64,000 nucleotides of DNA, taken from positions 6,200,001-6,264,000 of the forward strand of contig JBHGNT010000013.1 in NCBI GenBank assembly GCA_043228905.1. Reading direction: 5' to 3'. The stretch's first letter is position 1. Every line of letters begins with the position of its first letter. The stretch is from Azolla caroliniana (Eukaryota > Plantae > Polypodiophyta). The notes under the pieces are model-generated. The model saw only the letters and a program-made list of their open reading frames with translations. It was not told the DNA's origin and ran no database searches. Of this stretch, positions 10,655 through 23,342 are shown in pieces. The position numbers were made by a program, and so were the translations under genes.

Positions 10655-13600
10655 ATGGCTCAAATTAACGACCCGATGTCATCCGCTCAAGCGGAAGGAA
10701 CTCAAGGGAATCCTCCTGGACAAATGTCCACTGAGATGTATTTGGCACAAATAACCCAATACCTTAGTTTCACCGCTCAACAGATGACCGAACTTCGGCA
10801 ATCTCAGAGTGCTCTTGAGGCACGTGTCATTAGTCTACAACGTGAGACTAATAGACCTGATGAGCGACAAGGTGAACCATCATTTGTCGTTAAGCCATTT
10901 ACGAGAGACAAAAAGGAAAGAACCGAAGAAGCAATCTGCACATGGCTGGGACGATGGGAGTCTCATTTTGAGCTCTATCCCACGCCAGATAGTACGAAGA
11001 TTGCATATGTCGGCCAAGAACTCGGGGGTAAGGCCGCCGCCTGGTGGCGTGGGCTCCGTACTATGGGGAAATTGCCCGATACCTGGACAGATTTTGTCAC
11101 GATTTTTAAGGGCCAATTTCTGCAACCTCCCTCTCGAACCGAGGCAGCACAAGCTTTAATGAACCTCTCTAGCAGGAAATTTTCCTCGCTAGAAGACTAT
11201 GTTCACCATGCTAGAACCCAAATCCAAAAATCGGGTCTAGAAGGGGACAATTGGTTGATAGCTTGTTTTGTCAATGGCATCCCCAATTCGGACTATCACT
11301 GGATAGTGCACGATAAGGATCCAAAATCCTTCGAAGAGGCCGTTGAAATAGTTCTTCGCTATCAACGCACTTCGAAGAAGGACCATAACAAACCCAACGA
11401 AGCGCCCGGGACCAAGCAGTCGCAATTTGTTGGGAAACGCAAGACACCCAACGAATTCCTGGATCGCGATTGTAAGCGACAGCATCCTTTTTGTGTATTC
11501 TGCAAAAAGAAGGGTCATACAAAAGATCAATGTCGAAAGCTCCAACGGAAAGAGCACGACAACAAAGCTAAAGTTGCAGACCATAAAGGTCAGATTCCTA
11601 ATGTCCTTCAGGTCTATACACATCATTTAAGTAATTGTCAATGTTCTTTCCCTCACTATGTATTGGGTCCCAATGATTTACTACGTGCAAACGGGTATAT
11701 CAATGGATCTCCCGTACAATTTTTATTTGATTCGGGAAGCTCACACAATTTTGTGAATGATCGTTTGGTTCAGATATGGGGAATCCAACCCACCGTAAGT
11801 GATCACACCTACACGGTGCACTTGGCCGATGGAAGAGTACAATACATCAATGGGGCGATTCATTCATTAGGAATTTCTATTGATACTTATATAGAGGAAG
11901 TAGACTTCCATGTAATGAATCTTTGTACCACCGATGTAATACTGGGTTATCCTTGGTTTTATAATAAAAACTCTTCTTTATTTATTGATTGGGTTCGTCA
12001 TTCCATTTCTTTTGTACTGAACGATTGTACGCATTTTATTCAATGTGTAAAAAAACAATCCCTCTCGATTGTTTCCTCGTGTCCATCAATATCCGAGTTG
12101 TCTTGTTCTACGTTATTTTATTGTGTACTTGATCCGGACATTCACGTTTACAATATCGATAATGTCCCGGTTCAATTATCATATTTTGAACAACAACAAC
12201 TTGATGAAATCTTAAATGATTTTTATGATGTTTTTCCAAGTGAACTACCTGATGGGTTACCTCCTAAACGTAATATAGACCATCGTATAGATATTGTACC
12301 TGGTGTTGCACCAATAAGTATACCTCCGTATCGCTTAAGTCGATCCGAAGAAGATGAGGTATCTAAGCAACTCAAGGACTATTTACGAATGGATTATATA
12401 CGTTACAGTAAATCTCCATGGGGTGCACCAGTTCTCTTGGTTAAAAAGAAAGAGGGCACATGGTGTATGTGTATTAATTACCGACGCTTGAATAAAGTGG
12501 CGATCAAGAATTCGTACCCATTGCCCCGGGCTGACGATCTAATTGACCGTCTCCAAGGAGCTCGGTATTTTACGAAACTTGATCTCCGTACTGGCTACCA
12601 TCAAATACGAATAAGTGAGGACGATGTTCCTAAAACGGCATTTCGTACGCGCTATGGCCATTACGAGTTTTTGGTTATGCCTTTTGGTTTGACCATACTC
12701 CGGCTACTTTTCAACAAGAAATGAATGACATTTTCCGAGAACAACTTGGAAAAGTTGTCGTTATTTTCTTGGATGATATTTTAGTTTATAGCCGTACATT
12801 ACAAGAACATGCTAGACATGTCCGCTTTGTTTTACAAACATTGCGTGACAAACAGTTTTATGCCAAGATCTCAAAATGTGAGTTCTTCAAGAAATCAATT
12901 ACTTATCTAGGACATCTCATAACCGAACGAGGAGTTGAAATTGATCCTTCTCGCATTGAGAAAATCAAGCTTTGGCCCACTCTTCAAAATATTCGAGAAG
13001 TTCGATCATTCCTTGGTTTTGTGGGGTTTTTGCGAAAGTCTCTTCGTAATTACTCCCAATTGACGACGCCGTTTACTGATCTTTTAAAAGGTCAAACACG
13101 TAAGTCTACAAAACCTATTGTGTGGAATGCTACACTAGACCTTGCCTTTAAGGAACTCAAGGACCTGGTTTGCAAGGCTCCTTCACTTCTTTTACCTGAT
13201 CCTTCAAAACCTTTTGAGATTGAAACCGACGCAAGCGATTATGCTATAGGTGTTGTCTTGTATCAAGATGGTAAACCAATAGCATTCGAGAGTAAGAAAC
13301 TTGATTCTGCTCAATGTCGGTATACCGTTCAAGAAAAGGAATTATTTGCAGTTATACATGCGCTCAAAACATGGCGCCATTATCTTTATGGAAATCACTT
13401 TGTGGTAACTACGGACCACGAGTCCTTGAAATATTTTTGTGACCAACAAGACCTGAAAGGTCGTAAGGCACGATGGGCTGATCTCATCCAGGACTTTGAT
13501 TTTTCTGTATGATATCGTAAAGGTTCCATGAACATTGTCGCTGATGCACTAAGTCGCATCCGTGAAGTTAACATGCTTAGCTCCACTGCAATATCATCAG

Positions 13601-15087
13601 ATCTTTATGATCACCTTCGAGGAAAGTATCCTCATGACAGTTATTTCGCAAAATACTGGGCAAGAGTTGAGTCTGGAACAGACACCACCACATCCTCGAA
13701 GGAATACTTCCACATTGCTAACAGTTTGCTCTACCGTAATGGGAAGGTTTGTGTTCCAGATTTACCCGAGGTCAAAAAGTGGATTCTTTTTGAATGCCAT
13801 GATGCACCCTCAGCAAGGCACCCTGGAATACATCGTACACTCATTCTCATCTCCACTCAATTTTATTGGCCTAAGATGCGTCCTGACATACATAGCTATG
13901 TGACTAAATGTCCCCAGTGTCAGGTTAACAAAGTCGAGCGACTTAAAGCCGCAGAACTTTTACATCCCTTGGACATTCCCAATAATAAGTGGGAAAGTAT
14001 ATCCATGGATTTTGTTGTTAGCCTTCCTCGCACCCAAAAAGGTCATGATGCCATCTGGGTTGTCGTTGATCGACTAACTAAAATGGCCAGATTTATTGCT
14101 ACTAAAACCACGGTAACAACTCTTGAATTGGCTTACCAATTCGTTGACGAATTGTTTCGTTTTTATGGGTTACCGATGGATATCGTGAGTGATCGAGATC
14201 CAAAGTTTACTAGTGACTTCTGGACACAAGTCTTTAAGAAGTTAGAAACTACGTTGAGCATGAGCTCCACGGATCATCCTTAATCCGATGGACAGACAGA
14301 ATGAGTAAATCAAATTATTGAGGACATGCTTCGACCATACATTGGTGCAAAACCAACAAAATGAGAACGTTATCTCCCAATTTTGGAGTTTGCTTATAAC
14401 AGCTCCAAGCATACGTCGACGGGATATAGTCCTTTTATGTTGATGTATGGTTTTCAGCCACGAGCCCCGATTGATGTTAATATACATCGTGATGAGTTGC
14501 GAAGTACGCAAAACTTTCTTCGGGATATGCAAGATATGTTGCATATTGCACGAGATAATATAAAAATAGCTCAAGATAGAGCGCGTTTTTATGCCGATCA
14601 TCATAGGCAACCTCGTGTATTCAACCCTGGACAGAAGGTATTTTTACGTGTACCTCACAATTCTAAGACATTGTCTACGGGTAAGTGCGCTAAGTTAGCC
14701 CCACGGTTTTGTGGACCTTTTACAGTCCTCAAACGCATTGGGTCATCAGCCTATCGTCTCGCTCTTCCTGATGGTGTCGGAATTCATCCAGTCTTTCATG
14801 TGAGTCGTCTAAAAGAACTTCTAGGTTCTGGCGACAATACAGTTACGACTGAAACTCTGGTTACTTCTGAAGAAATATCTTCTAAACCACATGTACCAGA
14901 AAGAATTCTCGATGTTAAAACAAAAAAATTACGTACTAAAGAAATCCGAGAATTTAAAATAAAATGGATGGATAAATCAATAAAAGATGCCACATGGGAA
15001 CGCGAAAATACTCTTAGAACTAACTTCCCTAACTTTCCATTGCAAGAGTGCAATGTTTTAAAGAGGGGGAGTATGTTACGGGCATGA
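10655..15087 (+). pseudogene. gag-pol of B1 (Gag, CCHC, protease, RT, RNase H, integrase, chromodomain), disrupted
   Basis: [64 protein letters not shown] and chromodomain PERILD...FKIKW...DATWE. One frameshift near 12694 and stops at about 13510, 14281, 14302 and 14362. Confidence 0.95.
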
Positions 15088-15528
15088 CCATATAATATCC
15101 CGTGGTAAGAATTTACCGTAGTATTCTATACACGTGGATAAGTGTGAGGGTTAAACGAGAGTGTAAAGAAGGGGAGGATTACTTTTAATCCTCGGGATTG
15201 AGACAACCCATTAGGTCAAGTGTGAACTTGCCTGGGGGCCTTGGATATCGCTAAAAATAAGAGGCCTAGCTACCCTCATTTGAGGATCTTTTGACTACAT
15301 CGAGACTCTACTCGTGTGGTGGGTCAACTCTTGTAGCGAGCACGCCAGCACCAGGTACGACTCGACGCCACGGCGGTGGTATGGGACGCTGATCGAGGCT
15401 CGAGTCCGTCTCGATCCCTTCGCTCGGGGGTGGTCGGGTGGATCGGCACCCTTCTTTCTCTTTCTCCTTTCTATCTTTCATTTCTTTATCCTTATCTTAA
15501 GCTTACATTAGTACTAAGATTTATAATA
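15074..15528 (+). repeat. 3' LTR of B1
   Basis: Direct repeat of 8510-8964. Confidence 0.95.
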
Positions 15529-15970
15529 CATGGCTATCTTTTTTTTGGTTCTTCACAAGCAAAATCATTGATTCCATTATACATCCAAATAGTTTTGCCA
15601 TTAACGAGCCAACCATGATAGTTCAATAGTTGTTTACGTTATTTACATCTCTACCTTTATGTAAAGGTTTGATCCAATTTATAGCTCGATCATATGGCAT
15701 ACCACGTTGCAATGCATGATTAAACATATCTCTTATCCATGCATGCACGTCCTTTCCCGTCCATTTGAGCATTTTAGCCTTTATACATTTAAGATCGCTT
15801 GCCTTTTGAGAGGCCAATTTCTTAAGTCCTATGCATATATCTTCAATTGTAAAGAAGGGAGACATATGTGAAAGAGAACCATAACACATCATCTTTCCGG
15901 CAAGAGATAACTCATATAAATTCTTACAATGAATAGACAAGTCAAGAAGAGTTAAGTCACCATAACTCTC
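15529..15970 (-). pseudogene. LINE ORF2 middle fragment (N-terminal RT region)
   Basis: FTIEDICIGLKKLASQKASDL...WIKPLHKGRDVNNVNNY resembles the LINE pre-RT motif (K..G.D...IxPxxKxGD...NYR). Confidence 0.8.
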
Positions 15971-15996
15971 GGGTCGAAGCATGCTACGGTGTACCA
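15971..15996 (+). repeat. Left TIR GGGTCGAAGCATGCTACGGTGTACCA
   Basis: Reverse complement of 28459-28484 with one C/T mismatch. Confidence 0.95.
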
Positions 15997-16242
15997 ACTT
16001 TTGGCCAAAAATTTAGTACTAAATCGAAGAAGAAAATAAACATTAAAAATTGTAAATAAATTTCAAAAAACAAAAAACAAATTCATTATATCACACTCGA
16101 ATGCACAAAGATATTATACGTCACACTAGAAATGTCCCTAGGCCATATTTAATACATTAATTGTTGCCCCAATCTCCTAGGTAGAGTTGTACGAAAGCAC
16201 ACCTGGAGAAGGTATCCATTGTGACAGTTGGTCAGTCTCAGT

Positions 16243-16310
16243 ATCTCTCTCTCTCTCTCTCTCTCTGGTATGGGTAGTCGAACGTGTCAATTGGTATGTC
16301 TCTCTCTCTC

Positions 16311-16346
<36 letters not shown>
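16243..16346 (+). repeat. (CT)n microsatellites
   Basis: Direct reading. Confidence 0.9.
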
Positions 16347-16350
<4 letters not shown>

Positions 16351-18487
16351 ATCTCGAAGTTGTCAAACAGACAGTGGCAAAAAGTTAAAGAAAGACGACA
16401 TATCTATTACAGGTCTATCTCTCACTTTCTCTCTCTCACTCCACCTTCAAAGGTCTGTTTCTTTCTTTCTTTCTGTTTCTCTCTCTCACTCCACCTTTGA
16501 TTCTCTGTTTCCCCGCGTAGCTGTTCTTGTGTTCCCCTCTGTGCCAGGTTCGATCTTTGAACTTTGTATACGCAGAGATTTTTGTTTCCCCTGCTCGTTG
16601 TATGTGTAGTTGATTTTCCTTCCTTGTGTATGCTCGTTTGTCTCCTCTGCAGCAGCCTTGTCAACAACCTCTTGCATATAGGTGATTTTGAAGGCTTGGT
16701 GTGCTCCCAAGGTGTCGAAATCAACACGGTGTGGTACCTCTGCAAGTTGTACGACCTCCAGGTATTCTCTATGTTGCATGCCTAACTGGTATGTTTTCTT
16801 TTTTTGAATGTTTCCTGTTTGTCTGTTTTTTATTTGCATGTGTATGGCCATTTTTAAGGTTTGATTATTCATAGTCTATGTGTTGCATGCCCAACTGGTA
16901 TGTTTTTGTTTTCTCTATGTTTCATTTAAAAATGTATGACAATATTTTGATCGAGGTGGTTGTGTGTTAGACATGTTTGTACATGCAACATAAATGGAGT
17001 TGGCTATGATGAGTTGCTATGTTTTCGTTTTGTTCTTGTTTCCTGTCCATCTGTTTTATTTTGTGTGAGTTTGACATGGATGAGTGTTTTTCTGACTATT
17101 TTGGGTTTTTGTGTGTTTGACATGGCTTGTACATGCGATGTGATGGAGTTGGCTATGATGATTTACAATGTTTTCGTTTTCTTTGACTTTCCTATCCGTC
17201 TGTTTTTATTGTCTGTGTGTTTGACATGGATGAGTTTTTTTCCGACTATTTAGGGTTATTGTGTGTTTGACATGGTTTGTACATGCAATGTGATGATTTG
17301 CTATGTGTTGATGGTAATTGCTTGAGTTTTCTTCTAGTCCATGCATATTCATTCCCTGAGAATTGTGTTGACTAGGACAATGACGAGAAGGACACCCATA
17401 AAGAAGACATTGATGAAAGAGAAAGTGAAGACACCAGTGAAGGAAGGAAGAAGGACACCCATGAAAGAAAGCAAGAAGACACCCACAAGAGAAAGGGTGA
17501 TGAATTCATCAACACAGAGAAAGAAGATGTACCACTCCATCAGTCGAGAAACACCTCTTGGATGGAATTATTTCCTTCGAGCACGACTTGACGTTTATCC
17601 AGAGCTGAGAGAGTGGTTGGTAAAAACCTGGGGGTCAGCACATCCCGACACAAGGCAAGGATTCCACATATGTGGTTTGAAGAGGGAATACATGAATTTA
17701 TTGAAGACGAGATACGAACATGTTTATGATACAAATCAAATCACTAACAATGAGGTGGGTACTGTTTTTGCACGTGCTTTTGCATGTGAAGTTCAAGGTG
17801 GCATTGACGTAAATTGGGAAGATTTTAATCGGCACCGGTCAGAACATTACAAAGGGTCCTCCAGTACCAACACTGGCTTGAAGTCATCTGGAACCTCTCA
17901 TGTGGATATTCTAGCTATAACACCTGTCCACCAAGTTCTAGAGGCAAAGGTACGGGCCACAATGACTGAAAAGCATGAACAGATGATGGCCGGTTGCATA
18001 GCTTCTATGAGCTCAAGAATACAAACACTACTTGCTGATTTGGAAGCAGTTAAATCAGCTGAGATATAGGCAGAAAAGAAATTTTCTTCAATAAAAACTA
18101 CATATGAATGGATTGCATCGACAATCCAAAATTCAGAAAGTGAGGTGTTGAAAGAGGAGTTGAAGAAAGAGCTGAACAATATGGGCACTTAATTAGGTTC
18201 ACAGATGAGAGACCTTGATACTTGTAGGAATGCACATGAAGAAATAGATAATAAGTTGTCAGCCTTAAAGTTGCATTCTGAGAACCTTGCATGCTTGATG
18301 CAGGATTTAAAACAAAATGGTTTTGATACTTTGTGTCCATCTGTAATTGAGCACCCAAGTGTATAGAAAGTACCATTATTAGTATAGCTATATCACGGTA
18401 TTGGCTTTAAAAGTTATTTATTTCTACTTCTCTGGTATAAATAAGTGAGCAGCTAATATATTATAACTTGTGTTTGCAATCTTCCAG

Positions 18488-18672
18488 GTGTATATTTTGT
18501 GGCCTCGGATTCAAGCTGGAGGCTATGGATGTTGTGATTACATCATGCTTGCACACATATCATGTGCTATGTGCCAAGTATCATTTTGAGAAAGAGAATA
18601 CATGTATGGACTATAAAACTACAATTGCGGTTGAGTGGTACTATGCTTGGGGTTTAAAAGTACACCCGTACG
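18488..18672 (+). pseudogene. RING-H2 zinc finger exon
   Basis: CIFC-x15-CLHTYHVLC-x10-CMDY: C3H2C3 spacing with the last Cys changed to Tyr (TAT). Bounded by AG and GT. Confidence 0.75.
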
Positions 18673-19199
18673 GTATGTGGCTCTACTATTCTATTGTTTG
18701 TATTATATGATGTCAATTAACATTTGGACTAGAACTAGTGTATGCCACAATTCATACTTCAAATTTAGTGTAATCTCTAACAACTATTATGTGGAACCCT
18801 AATTATGTTGGTTAGTATTGGCAGTAATCTTAATATATAATTGGTATGTGTAGTTGAAGGGATATTTTCCAGAATTAGTAGTACTAAAAGGGAACCAGGT
18901 ACAACATCGTCCAATCTATATTGCAACTTGCCTAGTATTAGTTTAGTAAACACTATACTTATAGTACACTGTTGACTGTTAGTATTGTTTGTGTAACTTG
19001 GGAATTAGTACTAGTAATGTAATTTGGGAACAAGGTGTATAGTAAATTGCTGAATAATAGTACAATTATTGTAATTTGGAAATGAGGTGTGTCAAACACA
19101 TATCACGTTTAGTACTAATACTGTTCAAGATTAATACTATTGGTGTAATTAGTACAAGTTATGTAACTAGGTGTGTAGAACACATATCATGTTTAGTAT

Positions 19200-20260
19200 T
19201 ACTTGTGTGCAAAAATACCAATCTACATTTGTTGGATTAGTACTTAGTAAATACTACATGGTTCATGATTAGTACTAGTTCTGTACTTTGTGAACTAAGT
19301 TACTAGTACATTGCTCATGATTAATACTAGTTTTGTAATTTGGGAACTAAGTAGTACTTTGTTCCTTATTAGTACTAGTTTTGTACCTTATTAGTACTAG
19401 ATCAGTAATCTAGAAAATAAGTGAGTAGTACATTGTTCAGGATTAGTACTAATTGTGTAATTTGACTAAGTCAATGGTACATTGTTGAGTAGTACATTGT
19501 TCAGGATTAGTACTAATTGTGTAATTTGACTAAGTCAGTGGTACATTGTTCGGGATTAGTACTCCTTGTGTAATTTGCTAACTAAGTGAGTAGTATATTG
19601 TGCATGATTAGTACTACTTGTGTAAATTGGGAACTAAGTGAGCATTACATTGTTCGGGATTAGTACTCCTTGTGTAATTTGGTAACTAAGTGAGTAGTAT
19701 ATTGTGCATGATTAGTACTACTTGTGTAAATTGGGAACTAAGTGAGCAGTACATTGTTCGGGATTAGTACTCCTTGTGTAATTTGCTAACTAAGTGAGTA
19801 GTATATTGTGCATGATTAGTACTACTTGTGTAAATTGGGAACTAAGTGAGCATTACATTATTCGGGATTAGTACTCCTTGTGTAATTTGGTAACTAAGTG
19901 AGTAGTATATTGTGCATGATTAGTACTACTTGTGTAAATTGGGAACTAAGTGAGCAGTACATTGTTCGGGATTAGTACTAGTTCAGTGATTTAGGAAATA
20001 AGTGAGTAGTACATTGTTCAAGATTAGTACTACTTATTAATTTGACTAAGTCAATGGTACATTTTTCGGGATTAGTACTTGTGTAATTTGGTAACTAAGT
20101 GAGTAGTATATTGTGCATGATTAGTACTACTTGTGTATATTGTGCATGATTAGTACTAATCGTGTAAATTGGGAACTAAGTGAGCAGTACAGTGTTCCTT
20201 ATTAGTACTAGTTCACTAATTTAGGAACTATGTGAGTAATACATTGTTCATGATTGGTAC
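19200..20260 (+). repeat. Intronic satellite: ~52-bp monomers forming a 104-bp higher-order repeat
   Basis: CGGGATTAGTACT recurs at 19551, 19655, 19759, 19863 and 19967, with degenerate monomers on both sides. Confidence 0.9.
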
Positions 20261-21317
20261 ATTGTGTAAAATGGGAAGCAGCTCTTGTGACCTACATTAT
20301 ATATTTTAGATGATGGTACTAACATTCAAGGTTTTTTTGTTTCTTGCAATGAATGTTGTAGTGTCAAGCAACTCCATGCCAGGGAAGGTAATGGAACAAC
20401 CAGCCCCTGTGCCTAAACCCTCAATATCTGCTGCACATTCCAAGGTTCAGGGACCATCATTACCAATAACCTATGATTTTTATGATGAGGATGAATGTAT
20501 GAGAAGGGCCATTGGAGCAGTGGAACATATGCTTCTACAAACAAATTCCCCAAGCTCCGGTCAACATCAAGAAATAGAGCCCACTAAGAAGAGAAATGCA
20601 GTTTCTTTACAAATAGAGCCCAGTAAGAAGAGAAATGCTGCAAGAATGTTGTATGGAAACGGCAAGAAAGGCAAAGTTGAATGCAATGGTGAGTCATATA
20701 AGTTCTCACCTGTCTGGAGCATTGTCAACCTAATCCATTGTCTAATACCATGTACTTGTGTTACTAGCTGATGATGAAATGATATTTGGTGACGGAGATA
20801 CGAGTCCAAAACCTGATCATGAAGACGAATTTATCACACTCCCAGGTACACGTCAAAAGCCAACCTTTGAAAACAATGATTTAGCTCATAACAAACCCTA
20901 TTTTTGTTGTTATTATAGATCATAACAACACTGTTGAGCACCTAGATGTTGTGGAGAAGATGACCGAGCCCACCACTTGCAATGGGGTATCTACGGCTGT
21001 ACAGTATGACAATGTAACATTAGGTAAAAATGTGGCCCTAAACCCTATGTTCATTGTTTGCAAACTTTTGAGTATGTGAGTTGATACCAATATTCTTTGG
21101 AATCCCATTAATTAGGTTTACAAGAGCAGTTTGATTCCCAACTGCAATCAAATGAATCGGGAACTTCATGGAGCACAAGTGCAGAGTCAGAATCAAATTA
21201 ACCTTTGCAAGGAGGCAGACTCTGGAAGCACATCGTCCACACATGAGGATTGTGAGAAAAACGAAGCATTCATATGTGAAGAGCAGCTGGCATATACAAA
21301 CAACACTATGTCTAAAG

Positions 21318-21612
21318 AAGCCTATGAGGAGTGTGGAAAGAATATGGCAAGTACTGAAGAGAAGATTGAAGCCCATGAAGAGTGTGGAAAGAATATGGCA
21401 AGTACTGAAGAGAAGATTGAAGCCCATGAAGAGTGTGGAAAGAATATGGCAAGTACTGAAGAGAAGACTGATTGTACTGATAATGTGGCAAGTGCTGAAG
21501 AGAAGATTGATTGTACTGATAATGTGGCAAGTGCTGAAGAGAAGACTGATTGTACTGATAATGTGGCAAGTGCTGAAGAGAAGACTGATTGTACTGATAA
21601 TGTGGCAAGTAC
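21318..21612 (+). repeat. In-frame coding tandem repeats (51 bp x3, then 39 bp x4)
   Basis: AHEECGKNMASTEEKIE and DCTDNVASAEEKT units in ORF 21131-21619. Confidence 0.85.
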
Positions 21613-22514
21613 TGTCTAAAGATTCCCATGAGGATCATGGAAAGAACATTGCTAGTAATGAAGAGGAGCTTGATTGTACTGAGAATGTGCTAGTAGTGTC
21701 TTGTGAAGCCCATGAGGATCGTGGAAAGAACATCGCTTTCCCTGAAGATAAGCCTAATGAAGGTGGGCCTGATTGTACTCAGAGCGAGCATACTAGCATC
21801 ACCCAAGAGGACCAGGCAATAACGACCACCCAAGCAGGTACACATTGTCTTAAGAATGAGGTGACATCCACCGTACAAGAGGAGTTGACCATGACTACTG
21901 CCACGGTCCACATACAGGAGTCTAATAAGAACGAGTGTATAGGCATCGATGATGATGATAGGGCAATAAAGATCGCTAGGAGTACAAGCATTCAGGAGAT
22001 GAGTGATAATTTGTCTATCGACAACACCTTTGTGGATTTGTGTACAAGCATTGCAGTTGCAGAAAACATAGTTGCTCTCTCAAGCTTGCCACCAGTACAA
22101 GGTGCCCGCGCATCCACGCCTGTCTCTGATGCCTCTGATGATGAAGTGCCACTTAGTCAGCTCATACCTAAAGGCTTTAAGATAAAGAAGAATGTAAAAT
22201 CAGAAAAATCTGGCACCAACAACAAGCGCATTACAAGATCGGCCAAGTTACCCTCTAGTGCCTGATTGTCTTTCGATTGTACTTGAACTTTAGTTGTTAG
22301 TGATGTCTGAAATTGAACTTTTTGGATACCAAAATACTGTTTCAATTGCCAATGTCAAAAATCCAGTTCATGAATATGAAATAGTTATACCAGTGTCAAA
22401 TCAAGTTCATGTTTAAGGATTGCTTCTGTATTTTGCTCGTCAACATATATCAAAAACCATGGGAATATACTTTTTGATCTAAGTATTCTTATTTTACAAC
22501 GTTTTGTTTCTTTT

Positions 22515-23300
22515 TTGAGATCATCTCCTAATCCTCGCAAAGTCTTTCAGTCTATTGTAGATAAAATGCTTGAAAGTCTTCTTAGCTTGCTAGGAAAATT
22601 TAGGTTTTCAGGCGTTGATGATGAGAAACAGAAAATATCGGGTGTTATTGAAGATATACTGAAGTATAGACTGTTTCATCAATCCCATTTGGAGGGTAAC
22701 CAGAATGTGTGCAAATTGTTGAAGCAATGTGGGCCATATTTTGATGATATCATCCCAAAGGATGAACCATCCACTAACAGTAGTAAGGAAACACTTACCT
22801 TTTTGAGCTATCACAAATTATTGTTTCAGGAGTTGGATTATTTTGTTAAGGAAAGGAAGGTCTGTACTTTAAAATCCATAGCCTGGATATTCAGAACTTA
22901 TATACAAGAAGTTAAAACTCAGATGGCTTCACAGGACATATCATGAAACAAAAAAGGATTCTGAGAGAATAATTTTCTTTGTTGTCTTCACAGAATTCAT
23001 CACCCCCTTTGAAGAATGAACTTACAGCAGAAAATCTTACAATATTAAAGTCTTTAATGAATTCAACTAACAATCTTCTCTTGGTAGCAAAAGAAGAGCA
23101 GATTTATGTGCCAACAGAGGACACACCAACTCTTATACAATATTTTTACTCATTTTAACATGGCTCTGCAAAACTCCTATGCTCAAATAACATCAGGAAA
23201 CATGAGCAATATCGGCAATGAAGAAATCCAAGTCCTGTTGACAACAGCTAATATATTATGAAAGATAAGTACAAGTGGTTGAGAGGCATAAACACTTTGG
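22515..23300 (+). pseudogene. Captured host gene fragment resembling URB2/Npa2 (nucleolar ribosome biogenesis protein)
   Basis: Collinear motifs NPRKVF...KMLE, VIEDILKYRLFHQSHLEG, SYHKLLFQEL and, after a stop, QIYVPTED match my recollection of plant URB2 (EDILSLGLFHSAHIDG, SYHRHFF, IYVKTED). Not verified by search. Confidence 0.6.
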
Positions 23301-23342
23301 AAGAAAGACGAAATATATCAATTCATTTGTCAATCATCAAAA

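Larger units (their letters stand above)
8510..15528 (+). mobile_element. Full-length Ty3/gypsy chromovirus B1
   Basis: 455-bp LTRs at 8510-8964 and 15074-15528 (about 7 transitions by eye). TSD CATGG at 8505-8509 and 15529-15533. PBS TGGTATCAGA at 8967 and PPT AAGAGGGGGAGTA at 15061-15073. Confidence 0.96.
17341..22265 (+). pseudogene. Multi-exon accessory gene of the DNA transposon (basic N-terminus, unknown domain, coiled coil, RING-H2, peptide repeats)
   Basis: ORF 17341-18069 reads through a TAG into a helical KEELKKELNN segment. GT-AG intron at about 18398-18487, RING exon 18488-18672, further ORF blocks at 20310-20771 and 21131-22265. Exon linkage beyond the RING is inferred. Confidence 0.6.

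Noticed and set aside
16187-16872. ORFs with SLSLSL or ERER runs
   Set aside because: Translations of CT microsatellites, probably 5' UTR or intron of the accessory gene.
21168-21615. WQVLKRRLIVLIM repeat protein in ORF 21168-22265
   Set aside because: Alternative frame of the EECGKN/DCTDN repeats. Only the part after about 21615 looks like the real frame.
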